A stretch of 64,000 nucleotides of DNA from Balanoglossus misakiensis (Eukaryota; Animalia; Hemichordata). The stretch is from assembly GCA_040954595.2 (NCBI GenBank), contig CM082578.2, positions 13,298,304 through 13,362,303 on the forward strand. The letters run 5' to 3'. Below the pieces are notes generated by a model. The model saw only the letters and a program-made list of their open reading frames with translations, had not been told where the DNA came from and did no database searches. Position numbers and translations under genes: made by a program. Within the stretch, counting starts at the first letter, position 1, and each line of letters opens with the position of its first letter. Positions 26,111-40,129 of the stretch are shown piece after piece.

Positions 26111-28924
26111 TGTTAACCACGCTCGTTGTAATTGCCCCATTGCGAGAAATACGTGGAAAATCACTGCAAATTTTATGCAGGACAACTGCCGTGGCCACAA
26201 GCTGTGCCACATACGTGGATTATTAACCCTTCTTAGTACGTGTAACAAAAGAATAACACGAGCGAATCCGCATGTATTATAACCTGCTGTAGAATATTTA
26301 ATGCATAGTGAATTTAGACTAACGGTTTGGCCATTTAATGTCGGAACTGGATGTTTATTTTCGTACCCCTAAAAAATCCTTATTTTTTCATCTTCTTTTC
26401 ACACCAGCCGATATTAAACGTGTGTAAGCATCTTTCACCATATCTTCTAGATGTCAAGTTCATGTACGAACTTGAAAAAAACAACTTATTAGTTTCGGCA
26501 AATGATTTCCTATTCAGAGAAATCCAGGGACCAATTTTTGATTCGCATTACGCAGATTTCCGGCTGCAAATAGTAAATATTGTAATAAAATGCCTCTTGT
26601 GGCCAAATTAGATCGTAAAGCCAAAGCAATTGACCTGCATCAACCAGAATAGGATGTTATTGTGTCCAGTTTGAAAAGGAATTGCTTCATACGTGTCTGA
26701 GAAATGACTGGGGACAGACAAACACGACCCAACATAATCAACAAGTTCCACTGGACTTCGTCTGCAGGAAGTGAAAAACACTTCTGTGGCCTGAAGGCGA
26801 AATTGAACACACAGCAGACAATTGGTTGCGATGAACAATTTTTGCTTTTATTATATTTTCTCTCTGGGTGCGAAATAGCATCATGTCAAATCGCAACCAT
26901 GTTATCTTTTTAACACCTTGTTATGATTTTCCCCTTTGGCAGATTAAAGTTTGGGGTAAGAACATCAATAATGGTTCATAAACAAAATAAGCCAGCTTCT
27001 TGACAATAATACGAAAGGAAAGACAGCTATGATCTAGAAAATGCAGTGGTTCCAGATGACGCCTTTGTAATTGTCATTTTTTTCTATTCGCTTATTTGAC
27101 TTGGTAATTTGCTTTCCTGATGTGATGTCATTATCCTTATGAATTGGATATTAAAGCCCCACGAGCTGCCAATTTCACATACTTATTTTTCTCCTCACAA
27201 TAAAACACTTCATTTGACATTAGCCGTCACCTCTCTACTATGAGGACATGAGTGATGCTCCTTGTGTGAGAAGAATACTTCCTTGAACTAAAGCAAAGTG
27301 GGTAGATGATGGTTGAAACAAGAAACCAACTTTTAAGAGTAGCTGGGAATAGGGTCAAAACCAGAAGATGAAATGCTCAACATAGATGACAAGAACATCA
27401 AGCAGAACAGTACTGAAGACAGAATAAGAAAGGTTCATGAAAAACAAAGCTGAAGCAAAGTGACACCTCAATTAGGACTTACTGCAGCAAGAGTTGGTTA
27501 GTTGACAGGGTGCAGTGAAAAACACACATGGTCAGATTGCAACTACACACACTGGATATCAACTTGTACATTGGCATTAAAATGTTTATTTTCACCATGA
27601 GACCGGCATTTCACAGAAATGGCAAATGTAAGGAACATAAGCATGTATTTAAATTTCCCACTTCAGCCATCTTGGGCCAAGACATGAGATGTTTAGTCTA
27701 CTACAATAAACTGAGCGAAATACTGTCTTGTTGCAAATGACTCGAGTGTATGCATTATGTAAAATGGCCAGGTTATAATCCCCCCCTTTTTATACAAAAG
27801 CAAAATACTCACTATTCTGCAGCTACTAATTAAACTGAAGCACCTGCTGCATTTTATTAAAGGCAACACACAATGCAAAACATCTTATGACCACTCTCCA
27901 TCAATTCAAAATCACCCATATTATCACACCAAGAGTGAGCGATAGAGTATTGTATTAAGATTTCTATCCTAAAGATTTGAGTTTAAATATCATGTTTATT
28001 TGACTGACGTAACGCGTAAGTGTCCACTATTTGTAAGATTGTGCCACCATCATTGCCTCTGAGCATTATACATTAACTCACACATCTACAACTACGCCTT
28101 TCCATTCTAGATTGCTGACTAAAAAACTTGTAAGTTTTTTGTGCCTAAAAAACCTGTACAAGTATTCAAAATCAAAAGAAGATGCTGTCAATTTTTCTAG
28201 ACAGCTGCAGTTCATTCATCTCAATACACACACAACTACCCAAACATTACCCAAACATGCACATCATGAGTGGTGAGAATCCAGTATACGACACTCTCAT
28301 TACTTTGCATATATGAGACAAATTGAGCACCTGCTTGAAATGAGTAGGCCAGTGTTTATGTCCAAAAGCTTTCAGGGTGTTGGCTATCAAGTGATTACAG
28401 AAAAATAACCGCAAAAGTGCAAAAATATGTTTAGCCAATGTACTGTAAGAAAATAAAGAATGCTGAGGTGAACTGACTTAGTGATTTCATTGCTGACCAT
28501 ATTCTCTGGTGAGAAAACAGAAACATTGACATGAAGTACTTGTTGACATGGTTTGTTCTTTCTTGTTTGGTTGCATTTTGAGCTGACAATTTCCTACAAA
28601 AATGTATTTACATTTCAATCAAAAGAACCAAGACAAGGGGGAAGGAAGAGAAAACAAAAGAAAAAGTCTCTTGAAGAATAATTCATATAAACACAGCATT
28701 ATGAAAAAATTAATGCAAAATAAAATGTTAAGGAAGGGAAAATGCAAATAATTTAACTAAGACCATGACTTTAGGAACTATATCCCAAAGTCCTCCCCCT
28801 TGGATAGTGACAGACAAAAACTGTCCAAATCATGATGTAAATAATTTATACAGTTACATATATATAACCGGCTGCCACAACTGTAGCCTCAATAAAACAT
28901 TAAGTTTGATAAAGTGCAAAGTCT

Positions 28925-31900
28925 TTAAGTTGTCCATTTGGCATCAGGTTTTCCACCAACATTGGGCAGATTTGCTGGTTTGAGCTGGCCATTCACTTGT
29001 TTCACTGCACTCGGATTCTGCTGTTGGGTAGCCACTGGCACTGTCTGCTTCTGTTGATGAGCGATATTTGCTGGTGCACTCTGTTTTTGTGTTGACTGTG
29101 GTACTGGTAGTGGCTGCCGCTGCCCACTTCCAAACACTGCAAATCCACCATGGTGATGCTGTTGTTGTATATAAGCAGCCTGAGCCTGATTTGTTGAGTG
29201 TTTTTTCGTTGTCTTTGGTGTGCCTTGAGTTGTCTGCTGCGTACCTTCAGCATTTGACCCTTTCATGTTGGCTTCAAGCCCTTGCTTCTGCTGGTGTTGT
29301 TTCAGCTGGTTGAGGCTTGGTTTCTCAACAAGACCTACAGGAGTCTGCTTTGGTTTTGCTAAATTGTCCACAAGTTTATGTAAATCATCGGTAAATGTTC
29401 CTTTTTTAGGCAAAGCAGCACAAGGCCCCTGGGATTGCTGACTACTTTGCTGTCCCTGACTTGTAGCATTCATTGCAACAGATGTTTTATCTTCTAGAAC
29501 TGACTCTTGTTCCACCCTCTCATTGGGCTTAGATTTGGTTGTGGTTTTTGCTGATGTTTTTTTCACAGTCTCAGCACTACAAGCAGTGTTTACCGGTTGT
29601 GGTGCTGGCAGATTTGCAGTTGTAGTTTGCTGTGTAAACTGCTGTGGTGCAGGGCTAGTCTTGTGGCTGGCAGTAGACTGCAGAGTACCTTGTAACGAGT
29701 GTTTCCGTACCGCTCCTGTTTTCTGTTCTTTATATCTCAAATATTCATCAACTTCTCTCTTGTGCCTTTCTTCCATTTCTTTCATCTCTTTCCTATGTCT
29801 GGAACAAACAATGTACAGAGATTAGAGTGGAAACACTTTATTTCCCAAATAGTATGACATGGAGGATGTGACCAGAACCATAGTGAGAACAAGACTATTC
29901 ATAAAGACATTTCCAGTCTTTATGACAAGCTTCTATTTGCATATGAATATATGCAAATGTGGCTAAATATGTCTTACCTTTCTAGAATGACCTGCAACTC
30001 CTCATCTTGTGTATCTAGTTCAAACTGCTGTGCTTTTATAGTTGGTGCTGATCCTGGTCTTGTTTTCTGAATGACAAGCAAAAAAAATATGGGTGGTTGT
30101 CATGGCATATTAATGCATGTAAAATAAATCAGCAGGAAATTTGCAGGAAAAACACCAGAATAGACTATTTTTAAGAACAGACCTCACTGCCTTTCGCCAT
30201 ACTTGACCTAAGAAAATACCTAGAGCACATGCATGCCATCAAACATATGTTCTTGAACACCTACCTGATTTTGTGGCAGTGGTGGCTTTTTGTCAGTGAA
30301 AGGAGCATTTTCCAATTGGGTTTCTGCTGGTACCATGTCAATTGCCTGATCTGCAACTGTACTTGCAATCGTGTCACCTTCAGCCTCTGTTTTGTAAGTG
30401 TCAGATACCTCCGCTTCCACAACCTCACAAGTCACAGTCATATCTTCTACACCAATCAACATATTAGCAGGCAGTTCTTCCACGGTATCAGATACATCTT
30501 TATTCACTGGGTCGCCTTTCATGGGGCTCCCTACTTCACTTTCTGCTTTCTCTTTGGCAATCTCGTCAACTGTGGTGGTTATTTGAAAACGTCCCTTCTG
30601 AGTAACTTCGGGTAATTCTTTGATTGTTTCAGAGGGCGAATTGTCAACACTTTGAGCTTCAGCAGCAACAGAGGCTTGGGAAACCAATTGATTTACAACA
30701 CTTTTCACTACATTTGCTGTGCTGATATCAGTATTTACATTTAGAGCCAAGTTAGCAGGTTGTGATGTTTCCTTGGTTTCAGTTGGAGTAACAAGAAATC
30801 TTCCCTTTTGTATCACCTGAGGTTCCTCTTTTTCATGGATATTTGTTTTGTCCTGCTTGAAGACATCAGAATCTGAACGCTGTAGATTGATGGGAACATC
30901 TGCCTGTGATGTCTCCTTGACTACAAACGTTATCCCATCATCACTGGAAACAGAGGATACATTTCTTTCTGGTGCATATAAGGCATCCTCATCCACTTTT
31001 TTCACTTGGAATCTGCTACTTGTGACTGCCGCAGTTGTAACAGTTGCAGCAGCCTCACTGCTATAGTCTACTACTCCAGATTCAGAAGAAACCAACGGTA
31101 AAGATGGTGCACTAACATAGCGTTGTACATTGATTTGATTTGGCTGTACAGATACTGTACAACTAGAAACTGCAGATGTCAAGAGATGCATAGCCGGTAT
31201 CGTTGCTGATGGTGGTAAAATACCTTGAGGGGCTGGCTGCATTTGGTGGGGTTGAGTTGGGTGCTGAAGTCCAGCCAAACCTGGAGCCATCTGTCCAGTA
31301 TGTGTCGATATCATCTGTGATTGAAGATGCTGAGCACTCTGTTGGAAAGGTTGTTGCTGTGGTTGGGTTATTCCTTGTGCCATCATAGAGGAGATGGGTA
31401 CAAATGATGAGCCTAGTGCTCCTACCAGTTGTGGAGGTATGTTGCTGCCATCCTGCTGTGGCATAAAGCCGGGAATGGGCTGCTTGTGGAGCTGCATAAG
31501 CTTAGCATCAAGTTCTCGTATATCTATGACCTGTGTTTTACTTGTTGGTTTTGGAGTACTGGTGCCATAGGGATGCTGCTGTTGGGTTGATTGAGTAGGT
31601 ACAATGAACTGCTGTGGTGTCATTTGTCCTGACATTGTTGAGGGTGTAACTGTGGTTGCTGGAAACTGCTGGGGAGGATACATCCCCTGTTGTGGCAGGA
31701 AGCCTGTCATGCCTTGGGCAATTTGACCAGGTAATGGAGTAACTGAGGAAACACCTGACATGGTTGCGCCTGGTTGTAATGGAGGCATCATATTCTGTAA
31801 CAAGGGCTGAGTAAAGGGCTGTGATTGATTTTGTGGTCTGTTTTGTTGATTTGCAGGAATCTCCTGTGGAGGTGCAGGTGGTGCAGGTTGTTGTTGCTGA

Positions 31901-34900
31901 TGGGGTAGTGGTTGATTTGCTGGACCAACTGTTAGTTGAGATACCATGGCTTGTTGGTTTGCTGGTACTTGCTGATTTGCAGGCAATAACTGATTTGCAG
32001 CAGCAACTTTATTAGTTGATGTCGACATGACTGTTGAAGTCATCTCACTGACAAGCTGGTTCTGGTTTGGGGGCATAACACCAGGAGTAGACGCAGACCT
32101 TGATGGTGCAGTTTGGTTTACTTTAACCTCATTTGCAGTCATGCCTGAAGTAGTAGAACTCACTGCAGCTGCTTGTAAATCATGAGAACTCATATCAGGT
32201 TTAGGTTGATTGTCTGGTATGGAAGTTGCATTTTGTGAAACATCTTGCATATTCTGATTTGAAGTAGTTTGTCCACTGGGCACAGATTCATCTTGCAGTG
32301 TTGCATCACTTTTAGAAGCTGTACGAGATTCTTCGTCGGCAGTTTCAGCAGCCATAGTAGTTCTACTGCCGGATGCCACCACTTTCTCCACGTTTGCTGG
32401 CTGATTATTATGCAGCTGAGCACCAATATTGGCCGGAACATTAGCACCTTTGATAGATTTGAAGGGAGACCCCTCATTTCCAGTTCCTTCTCTGACAGTG
32501 GGTGTAGTAGGCACACTACCTTCAGGAGTCCCATCTGAATATTGTCCATTCTGAGCTTGCACAGCAACATTTTGTGAGAGCTATAAAAAAACAAAGATGA
32601 TAGAGTTTAAGTTGACCATCGACCAGCTGAAGTATGTAACCCTTTGCAGTCCCCAGTGCTCCAAGTGCCCATGACATCATTTACATGCATTCTGGCAATA
32701 GTTTGTCACAAGCAATAAATGAAAATACTCACAAGTTGATATTCATCAACAGATAACTGTTGCGATGTCTTCCTTTGTTGTCTTGGGCTCAGTCTTGGCA
32801 TGTCCTCTGGAGGTGTTGGACCCAATTCTTTTGCTCTGTGAATGACCTCTTTGATTTGTTCAACAAACATTTCACAATGTTGTTCAGCCAGGTGTTTACC
32901 TGCAACCTGATGAATAATATAAAGAACGAAATTCACTTCCAGGGTACACAGCAGCATTCTTACATTGTACCTTTTTTTACAATGAAAAACGAAAATACCC
33001 ACAGAACGGGCGGTCTTCTGCTTACCAAATTATCCTTTATATCTTCCAAATCATCATCGACTCCAAATTTAAAAGTGACAGTCTGCCCTTTATGAGTTTC
33101 CATAGCACACTCCACAATACCACCTTCTTCCACCTGAATTATGGAAAGTGTTGGGGTCTGCTTTCTTTTAACACTCTTTGCCTTTTTCATCTTCTCTTTG
33201 TCTAATCGATCTTTTTCTCTTTTCTTCAACTTCTCAGCAGTTGCAACAGGAGCATTAGCTGGAGCAGCTTCAGGTCCACTGTAGTAAAGAAATGGAAAAT
33301 TAATGAAGATTTTTTTCACCATGATATTAAAATAGGAATATGATTCCAGCACATCGATGGGTATTGCCTACATGTAGATATGCAAAAGTATGTCCAAGAT
33401 CTCAACTAAATGCTTCTACAGGTACCTTTCTGTAGCACTTTCTGCTGTAGATGGAGTTCCAAACACTTGGCCATCAGGTGGAGTCACATCTTTCCGGTCC
33501 ATGCTGGAGTGTTGTCTGGCGATGTTATCTTGGATAGACTGTGGCACTTGAGGAATATGTTGAGTTTGTACATTTTCTTGGCTCTGTAAATTGACTTGCT
33601 GAGGAAATGGAGTTGGCTGGACTTGTGCAGGAAGTTGAGTCTGGGGTTTGAGTTGAGATGGTGGTAGCTGTGCTTGGAGGGGAAGCTGACCTGGAGTGAC
33701 GGGTTGGTACTGCTGTTGCTGAGGCTGAATGTATGGTTGCTGGCCCTGTATTGGGTACTGTTGCTGGCCCTTGGGTTGAAGTGGTTGCTGAAACGACTGA
33801 AATTGTTGCGATGGTTGGAACTGTTGGGGTTGTGCCTGTGGTTTGTATTGCTGTTGTGATTGGCCAGGCTGGGGTCCAAACTGTGCCTGTGAGTGGTATT
33901 GTTGGTGAGCTTGATATGTTTGTGCCTGTGTTTGTGGAGGGTACTGTTGGTGAGGTTGTGTTTGTGGCTGGAATGCTTGTCCTTGGGGCTGCTGTGGAGG
34001 CATGTGTTGATACTGTTGGGGTGGAATGGTCTGGTACTGTTGTGGCTGTTGGAACTGCTGGTTTTGAGAGTACTGTGCCTGCTGGAATTGCTGATATTGT
34101 TGATCTTGTGGAAAAGACTGCTGAGTAGGCTGGAACTGCTGACTTTGGGATCCATGCAGCTTGACAAGATACAAAATGAAATGGTGCAAATTTCAGAAAT
34201 TGTACCATGAAATTGATGAATACATCTGCAGGGAATAAAAAGTCTTCTTTTTATTAATGACTACTTAGTCTTTCATCTAATGATAATGAATAGTTCAAAC
34301 CTAACCTGTGTAAATGCTTGTTGGCTTTGTTGGTATGGCATTTGATGGTATGGAGCATACTGCATGGATTTTGCTTGAAAACCTTGTTGGAAGTTCGCCC
34401 CTTGCGGTGAAACAGACTGCCCTTGCTGAGATGGAAACTGGTTTGCTGGATATTGCTGTGGTAATGACTGGGCTTGTTGATAATTGGCTTGCGGTTGGAA
34501 AGACTGCTGTGACATATGCTTGCTGGAAGCATCTGAGCCAATTCCAGAATCAAGTGTGCCTTCACCTACAATCAAAACCATAAGTTTTGTCTGTGATATC
34601 AATTGGTTTCTCAATGAAATGCTTTCATTAGTCAAGGAATTTGTCATTATTGCAGTAAATACCTAATAAGATGTAATAACTTCCGGAGTGAGTTTAATTG
34701 TGTAAACTTTAAAATTAGAAGATCTCCATTCCTCTCCCATTGCCTAACACTTACACCCTGTTCCGATACAACTGATAAGACACTTACTGCCAACATGTGG
34801 GATAGCTGATTGTTGCTCACTTTCTTGCTGTTGCTGTTGTTTCTCTCTCTCAAGCCGCTCTTTTTCCTGCCTTTCTTTCTCTTGCCTTTCCTTCATCTGT

Positions 34901-37900
34901 TGCATCCGCTCTCTGTTTCTCTTTGTGGTGGCAACACGGTCTCGTATACTTTTAGCAACTATTTTTTGGTCATCTTCATTGAGAAATCCAGATTTTACCT
35001 GCATGACAGATAGAAGAGATTGCAGTTGAGCGATACAAAGGCATCACTTTGCACGACATGGCAAAATGATGGGGGAGGGGGTGGCCAGCTGAGCCTGTGA
35101 TAAACAAGAAAAAAAGCTGCAGCAGAATTCAATGGGAATCTGTGGAAATGTGAATGAGATATTTAAATATTCATGAACATAATATCATTAGAATTAGTCA
35201 ATCACTAGTTGTTTCACTGGGCATGTTTTACCATATTGTCTTCAAGACTTACTACGTATGTCTACAAGGATGTGTCTGAACTATCCCATACCATTTCAGC
35301 TGCAACTTGTTCTGGGTCGTCTTTTTGTAAATCAAACGCAAACTGCAAAGCTTCATTGTCTTTGTGCTTGTCCTTCCTCTTTTTGGGATCTTCAACCCTC
35401 AGTCTCAGCTGAATGACATCTTCTCCTGCACCATCAGCCAACTCCAGTTTAAAACCAGTGTCTTCTTCGAAGAATTCCAAGCTAAGTAGCTCTTTTGATG
35501 TGTACCTAACATTGATAACCATTCGCAATTAAAGGTTGTGCAATAAGGCTTGAATGTATGCACATAAATTGTACATTACCATCACAACTACTTTCCTGTA
35601 GAAATCCCCAAACAAAACTGTTTAGAATTTAGAAGGAAACCATTATTAATAAGCTAGGTCAAACAAAATAATATAACTATTTAAATTCAGAATAAGTACC
35701 ATATAATGATTTTACCTTTCTTCACTTCTTGGCCTTGTACACACATCAATAACTTCTTTGATAGCTGCATTAGAAATTTTTGCAAAACTCTGTGGTCTTA
35801 CTCCCTGCAATGACAAGAGATATTTGTCTAGAGTCCGCCAACAAGATTGTGACCTACGAATAGTATATTACTGCGGCCTCGTGAATTTTACAAACAGATG
35901 ACCAAAAGTTGGGTGATATTCCCAGGTGTTGCCTATTCGAATCATTGCTTTGATCTTGCCTTGCATCAAGGCATTTAATACAATATAGTATGTGTATATT
36001 AAACCCTTGTCATGCAGCATGATTTCATCACCTGGTACAAGTGATGCTTATACTTGCCAAACTTTAGTCTGTACTTACACTTGTCACTCTTCTGTAAATC
36101 TGTGCTGCATTCTGGCATTCTGCATAAGGATATTCTGATGTAGCCATTTCCAGCATACACATTCCAAAAGCATAGATATCAATGGACTCATCATAGTGCT
36201 CTTCATACATTTCTGGTGCCATGAACTCGGGGGTACCTTAAGAGACACAAAGATTACGTGGAATCTTTGAGCTGTTCTGGGGAAGGAAACCAGTTGCCGA
36301 GGAAAGAAATAGTTAGTATGCTTTGCTGTAGACGGCATGATTGGAGACATCCCACTGCTACCGGCAAGATTAGTATTCCTGAAAAGAAAACCCTGCTTAT
36401 GGGTTTTATGACATGGTTACTTACCTTACCTCCAAATTTTGCATGATCTGTAGTCTATTGCTACAAGGCTGAAAACTAAATACTCAAAAACAAAGTGAAG
36501 AAGAAATGGTCTCAAATATAACTTACATGTACATGTATAGCAACTGGTCATTTAAACAATATGATGATACAATAGCATTTTCAAACTAACATCCACACTT
36601 GTCAAGTCTTAACAACCAACATTTGTGTGGTAAATATTGGTCACAACACAAAGTAATATTGCAGGGATATTTATTGTTCTGTACTTGATGTGTTTTCCAT
36701 AATTCTAATGCACCACTGAGACATTTTGACTAAACCTGGCCAAATTTTAGTAGATTTACATGTATGTATGACTAGGCATCTTAGTTGGCCGTACACTTGA
36801 CATATTTTATCAGACACAATGGTGTAACACCAAAAATAGACAAAATTATAAATATTTCTTTTAATCACACTTACACAGAGAAACACATCCCAAGAATGAA
36901 CGAAGTATCATGAGTATACTACATGGACCGCATGTAAAACTGTTCACTTGCTACACAATCAACTGTTGTTTACTTACCAATTACACTTTTGGCAAATGAC
37001 GTCTTCTTCAGTGTTGCTAAACCAAGATCTCCAATTTTAACGGAGCCAGATGTTCCAGTGATGAAAATGTTGTCACACTTCAAATCTCTGTGTATAACAG
37101 GGGGTTGACGGGAGTGTAGGAAATACAGCCCTTTAAGAATCTGTCTACACCAGCTTTTCAACATTTTAGATTTTATTACCTTGAACCGTTTCAAGTACCT
37201 GTTAATCAAGAGAAAAATAAATTAGATGCACACAAACCAAGTCACTGATCTAAGGAAATAATCATGGAAAATGCCACACTTTACGACGACTATAACGGTG
37301 GTGTGCATGTACACTTCAAATTTCTTTAGTTACACAAGCTACATATACACCAAAACCTAATCAGTTTGAATAATTTAACTTAGCAAATCAAGATCAATCA
37401 CTGGCAGTGTCCCCCCCCCCCCCCCAGAGCAATTACAGAGTGGCGGCTACCACTATGTAATTTATGGAAAACAATAGAAACTCATTAACATAACAAGTAT
37501 CCATATTGTTATGTGAATTAGCCACCGCTCTGTCAGAAAATACTGGGGAGAACACTGATCAGCCATTCTTGAGATAAAATGAAAAAGGTGGACAGACACA
37601 CACACACAGCTAAAATATGGTAGCTCACATGGGCTAAAAATAAAGACAACCTAACTATAATATTTCTTACGTTTTAAGAGTTCCTGATGTCATAAGTTCT
37701 GTCACTAGTACAATATATTTCCGGGATCTACCTGTCCCCGGAACAGTCTCCCAATAGTCATAAAATCTCACTATATTTGGATGGTTAAGTCCCTTCAACA
37801 TTTCTGCCTCTTCCTTAAATCTCTGCCTTTCTGATCTGCTTAGCTTCTTATCCTGCAAGAGGAAATCAAAATACTGTTCAAAAAGTTCAGCACATCAGCA

Positions 37901-38863
37901 CTGATTCTTTGATTTGAAGACAGTGAATACATAAAAATATACATATTCATATCGCTTTGAACTTTACTGCAATGATTTTAATAAGCTGCAAAAAATAAAC
38001 CATCCACTGATCCAGTTGGACTCCCATTTCCACATCAACTGTGATATTCTGTACATGTAATGTCTGTCATGACTGATTTGTTATAATACATAACAAAACA
38101 ATACTTGTGTACATAATAAATTGTAGAACAAATTGCTTAAGTTGCATAAACTATGTGTTGTGTGATACAAATAACTGTCTACCTCTACCCGTAAATGTTA
38201 TTTTCAAAGCATTTTCTCAGATGTGCTTTTACCTACCTGCAGCTCACACCAAGCAACAGCAACACCAGTTTCGCTGTCCAGTCCTTTATAAACAGTCTTA
38301 AACGATCCTCGACCAACTTCAACATCAAACTTCAGGAATCTCCCATCAAGAGAGGAATCAACAGCTTGTTCTTCTTTTTCTTCACTTTCAGATTTATCAT
38401 CTCCATCAAGTTTCCTTGGTGGGTCTATTGAACTTATTTCTTTCACAGATGACTCCTTTGTTTGATCACTTCTAACGCTTTCGATTGTAGCAGGGGGGCT
38501 GTCACCCACATTCTCACCTCTGGCAGAATATATTGTTGTTGCTTCAGCCTGCCTATCACTAGGAATAGCATGTGTCGTAACTTTGTCAAAATTAACACTG
38601 CTTTCATTCTCAGTGACAGATTCCTCCTCGGTGATTACATTCTCATTACCGTTCTTCTCTTCGTCACTGTCTAACTTAATGCTCACTCTTTTACCCTTGC
38701 TCTTCCAACCAGAACCAGAATTTTTCAAAGCAGGAGCAAGCCCCTCGGTTGGAGTTGTGACTGGGGTTGTACTTTCACTGCTCGTATTGCTGCTAGGGGG
38801 CTTTTCTTCAGCCAGTGGCTCTCCATTGATCACTTCCTGCTCAACGGCTGCGTTGTTACTCAT
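28925..38863 (-). CDS. WNK: WNK serine/threonine kinase, ~14 coding exons (38863-38237, 37852-37671, 37198-36978, 36236-36079, 35804-35716, ~35506-35293, ~34998-34789, ~34566-34306, ~34159-33426, ~33279-33026, ~32906-32732, 32580-30265, ~30066-29978, ~29798-28925)
   Basis: [13 protein letters not shown] (subdomain-I lysine), [42 protein letters not shown], autoinhibitory [15 protein letters not shown], second CCT-like VTFKF, Q/P-rich IDR, RFx[VI] motifs, C-terminal [14 protein letters not shown]. Confidence 0.97.
37405..37557. mobile_element. hAT-like MITE in WNK intron 2
   Basis: Termini CAGTGT(C)nAG and CTGGGGAGAACACTG, plus subterminal inverted repeat ACAGAGTGGCGGCTA / TAGCCACCGCTCTGT. 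The 8-bp TSD is only partly retained (atca..). Confidence 0.65.
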
Positions 38864-39299
38864 GGCTAGTGTGTAGGAGCGAAGTACCAACTTTTCAAAG
38901 GACGACTACACAAAGCCGAACATTGGTGTTGTTACGTGGTCTATCAGATAGTCCAGTAAGTTTCTTCTTGGTGGAAAGGCCATATAGATCGCCATAACAC
39001 ATTAAATCAAAGTGTTGTTGGTGTGAACGGTGCAGTGTAGACACGCCACATAAAAGACTTGTGATTTGTTTTGCAACTGTGCCCGGAAGACGGCAAATAG
39101 CCCAAGTCTAAATGTTTACAATGTAAAGTGGCTTCTCCGACAATCAGAAAGTTTTTGTCACTAGTTTTTTCTCCGAAAAATGGTTTTCTGGAGTTCCAAC
39201 GACCAGAAATCAGCCATATTGCGATCAGAAACTCACCACCTGTTCCGCAGTTCTTTGCTTGCACACATCGACGTTGGGGATAAAATTGAATCCATACAC

Positions 39300-39510
39300 G
39301 TAGTTGATACACAACACTCACTTCCGGGTTGTCTGGAACTTCCTCAGCATATAAAACCGTTCTAAGTTTTTTTTATCCAACCCTCCCTTTGGATGGCTGA
39401 GACAGCAACGTCGGAAGGACGCCAGAGACGACAAAGTCGCCCTGAAAATGATTGCTTCCAACGTACGCAGAATTTGCTGAATAACGACACAACATATGAA
39501 ATGGCGGCTT
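39300..39510 (-). promoter_or_regulatory. Probable WNK promoter region
   Basis: ETS site CACTTCCGG (~39319) and YY1-type AAATGGCGG (~39499) upstream of the first coding exon. Confidence 0.35.
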
Positions 39511-40010
39511 TCTTGTCTCCAAACGTTACAGTCTGCCAGAAATTGTTCAAAGTAGTTCCCCAAATGACTGAACCGCATAACACTGCGTAGTATTGTACGC
39601 CCTGTGCATGTTTGAACATATGCTGCAAAATTTCGGAGTTTTCAATCCACAGTTTTAGACTAAATGTTATTTTATTAATTCTGGGATATATAAGACGTGT
39701 TTTGCTGATCCATCATCTGCTTTATCACGAACTTCTGATTTACTTTAAGGATGTCGGAATAATATAGCCAAAGCTTAGTTAGTGAATTGGCTCAGTATGT
39801 TACGGATTTCCCGGACTGGCGATCAAGAAACTATCATGTCCTCGAACTGTACAGACGATCGCAAATTTAGACCAACCATCAAAAGAATTTACGATCACAT
39901 GAAACTATTATTTCAATGAAATCTATTTATTTATCTTTATTAATTGCTTTACTTGTGGAGAAATGTATAAAATACACTTCTGGTAATTTTAATACTTGTT
40001 TGTCTGTACG

Positions 40011-40129
40011 AGGGCGGAAGCTCCTGCCCCATTCCCAATTCCCACCGCTGGCTGCGCTCAGCCAGTAGTGGGAGTATGACGGGCCCGGGGGTGGGGCGTA
40101 GTTTGACCGTGTTGTCCGCTTTGCTTCCG
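40011..40129 (+). ncRNA. Candidate structured RNA (nested stem-loop), family unknown
   Basis: Stems 40038-54/40059-75, 40026-36/40087-97 and outer 40011-18/40115-22, with many plus-strand G-U pairs. GC-rich island in AT-rich flanks. Confidence 0.3.

Noticed and set aside
30182-30208. Possible poison microexon in a WNK 3' intron
   Set aside because: It would leave a ~56-nt flanking intron and has weak donors; the flanking exons already join in frame.
33416-34208. Three overlapping long minus-strand ORFs suggesting dual coding
   Set aside because: The CAG/CAA-rich low-complexity WNK exon lacks stops in all frames; only the Q-rich frame fits the splice phases.
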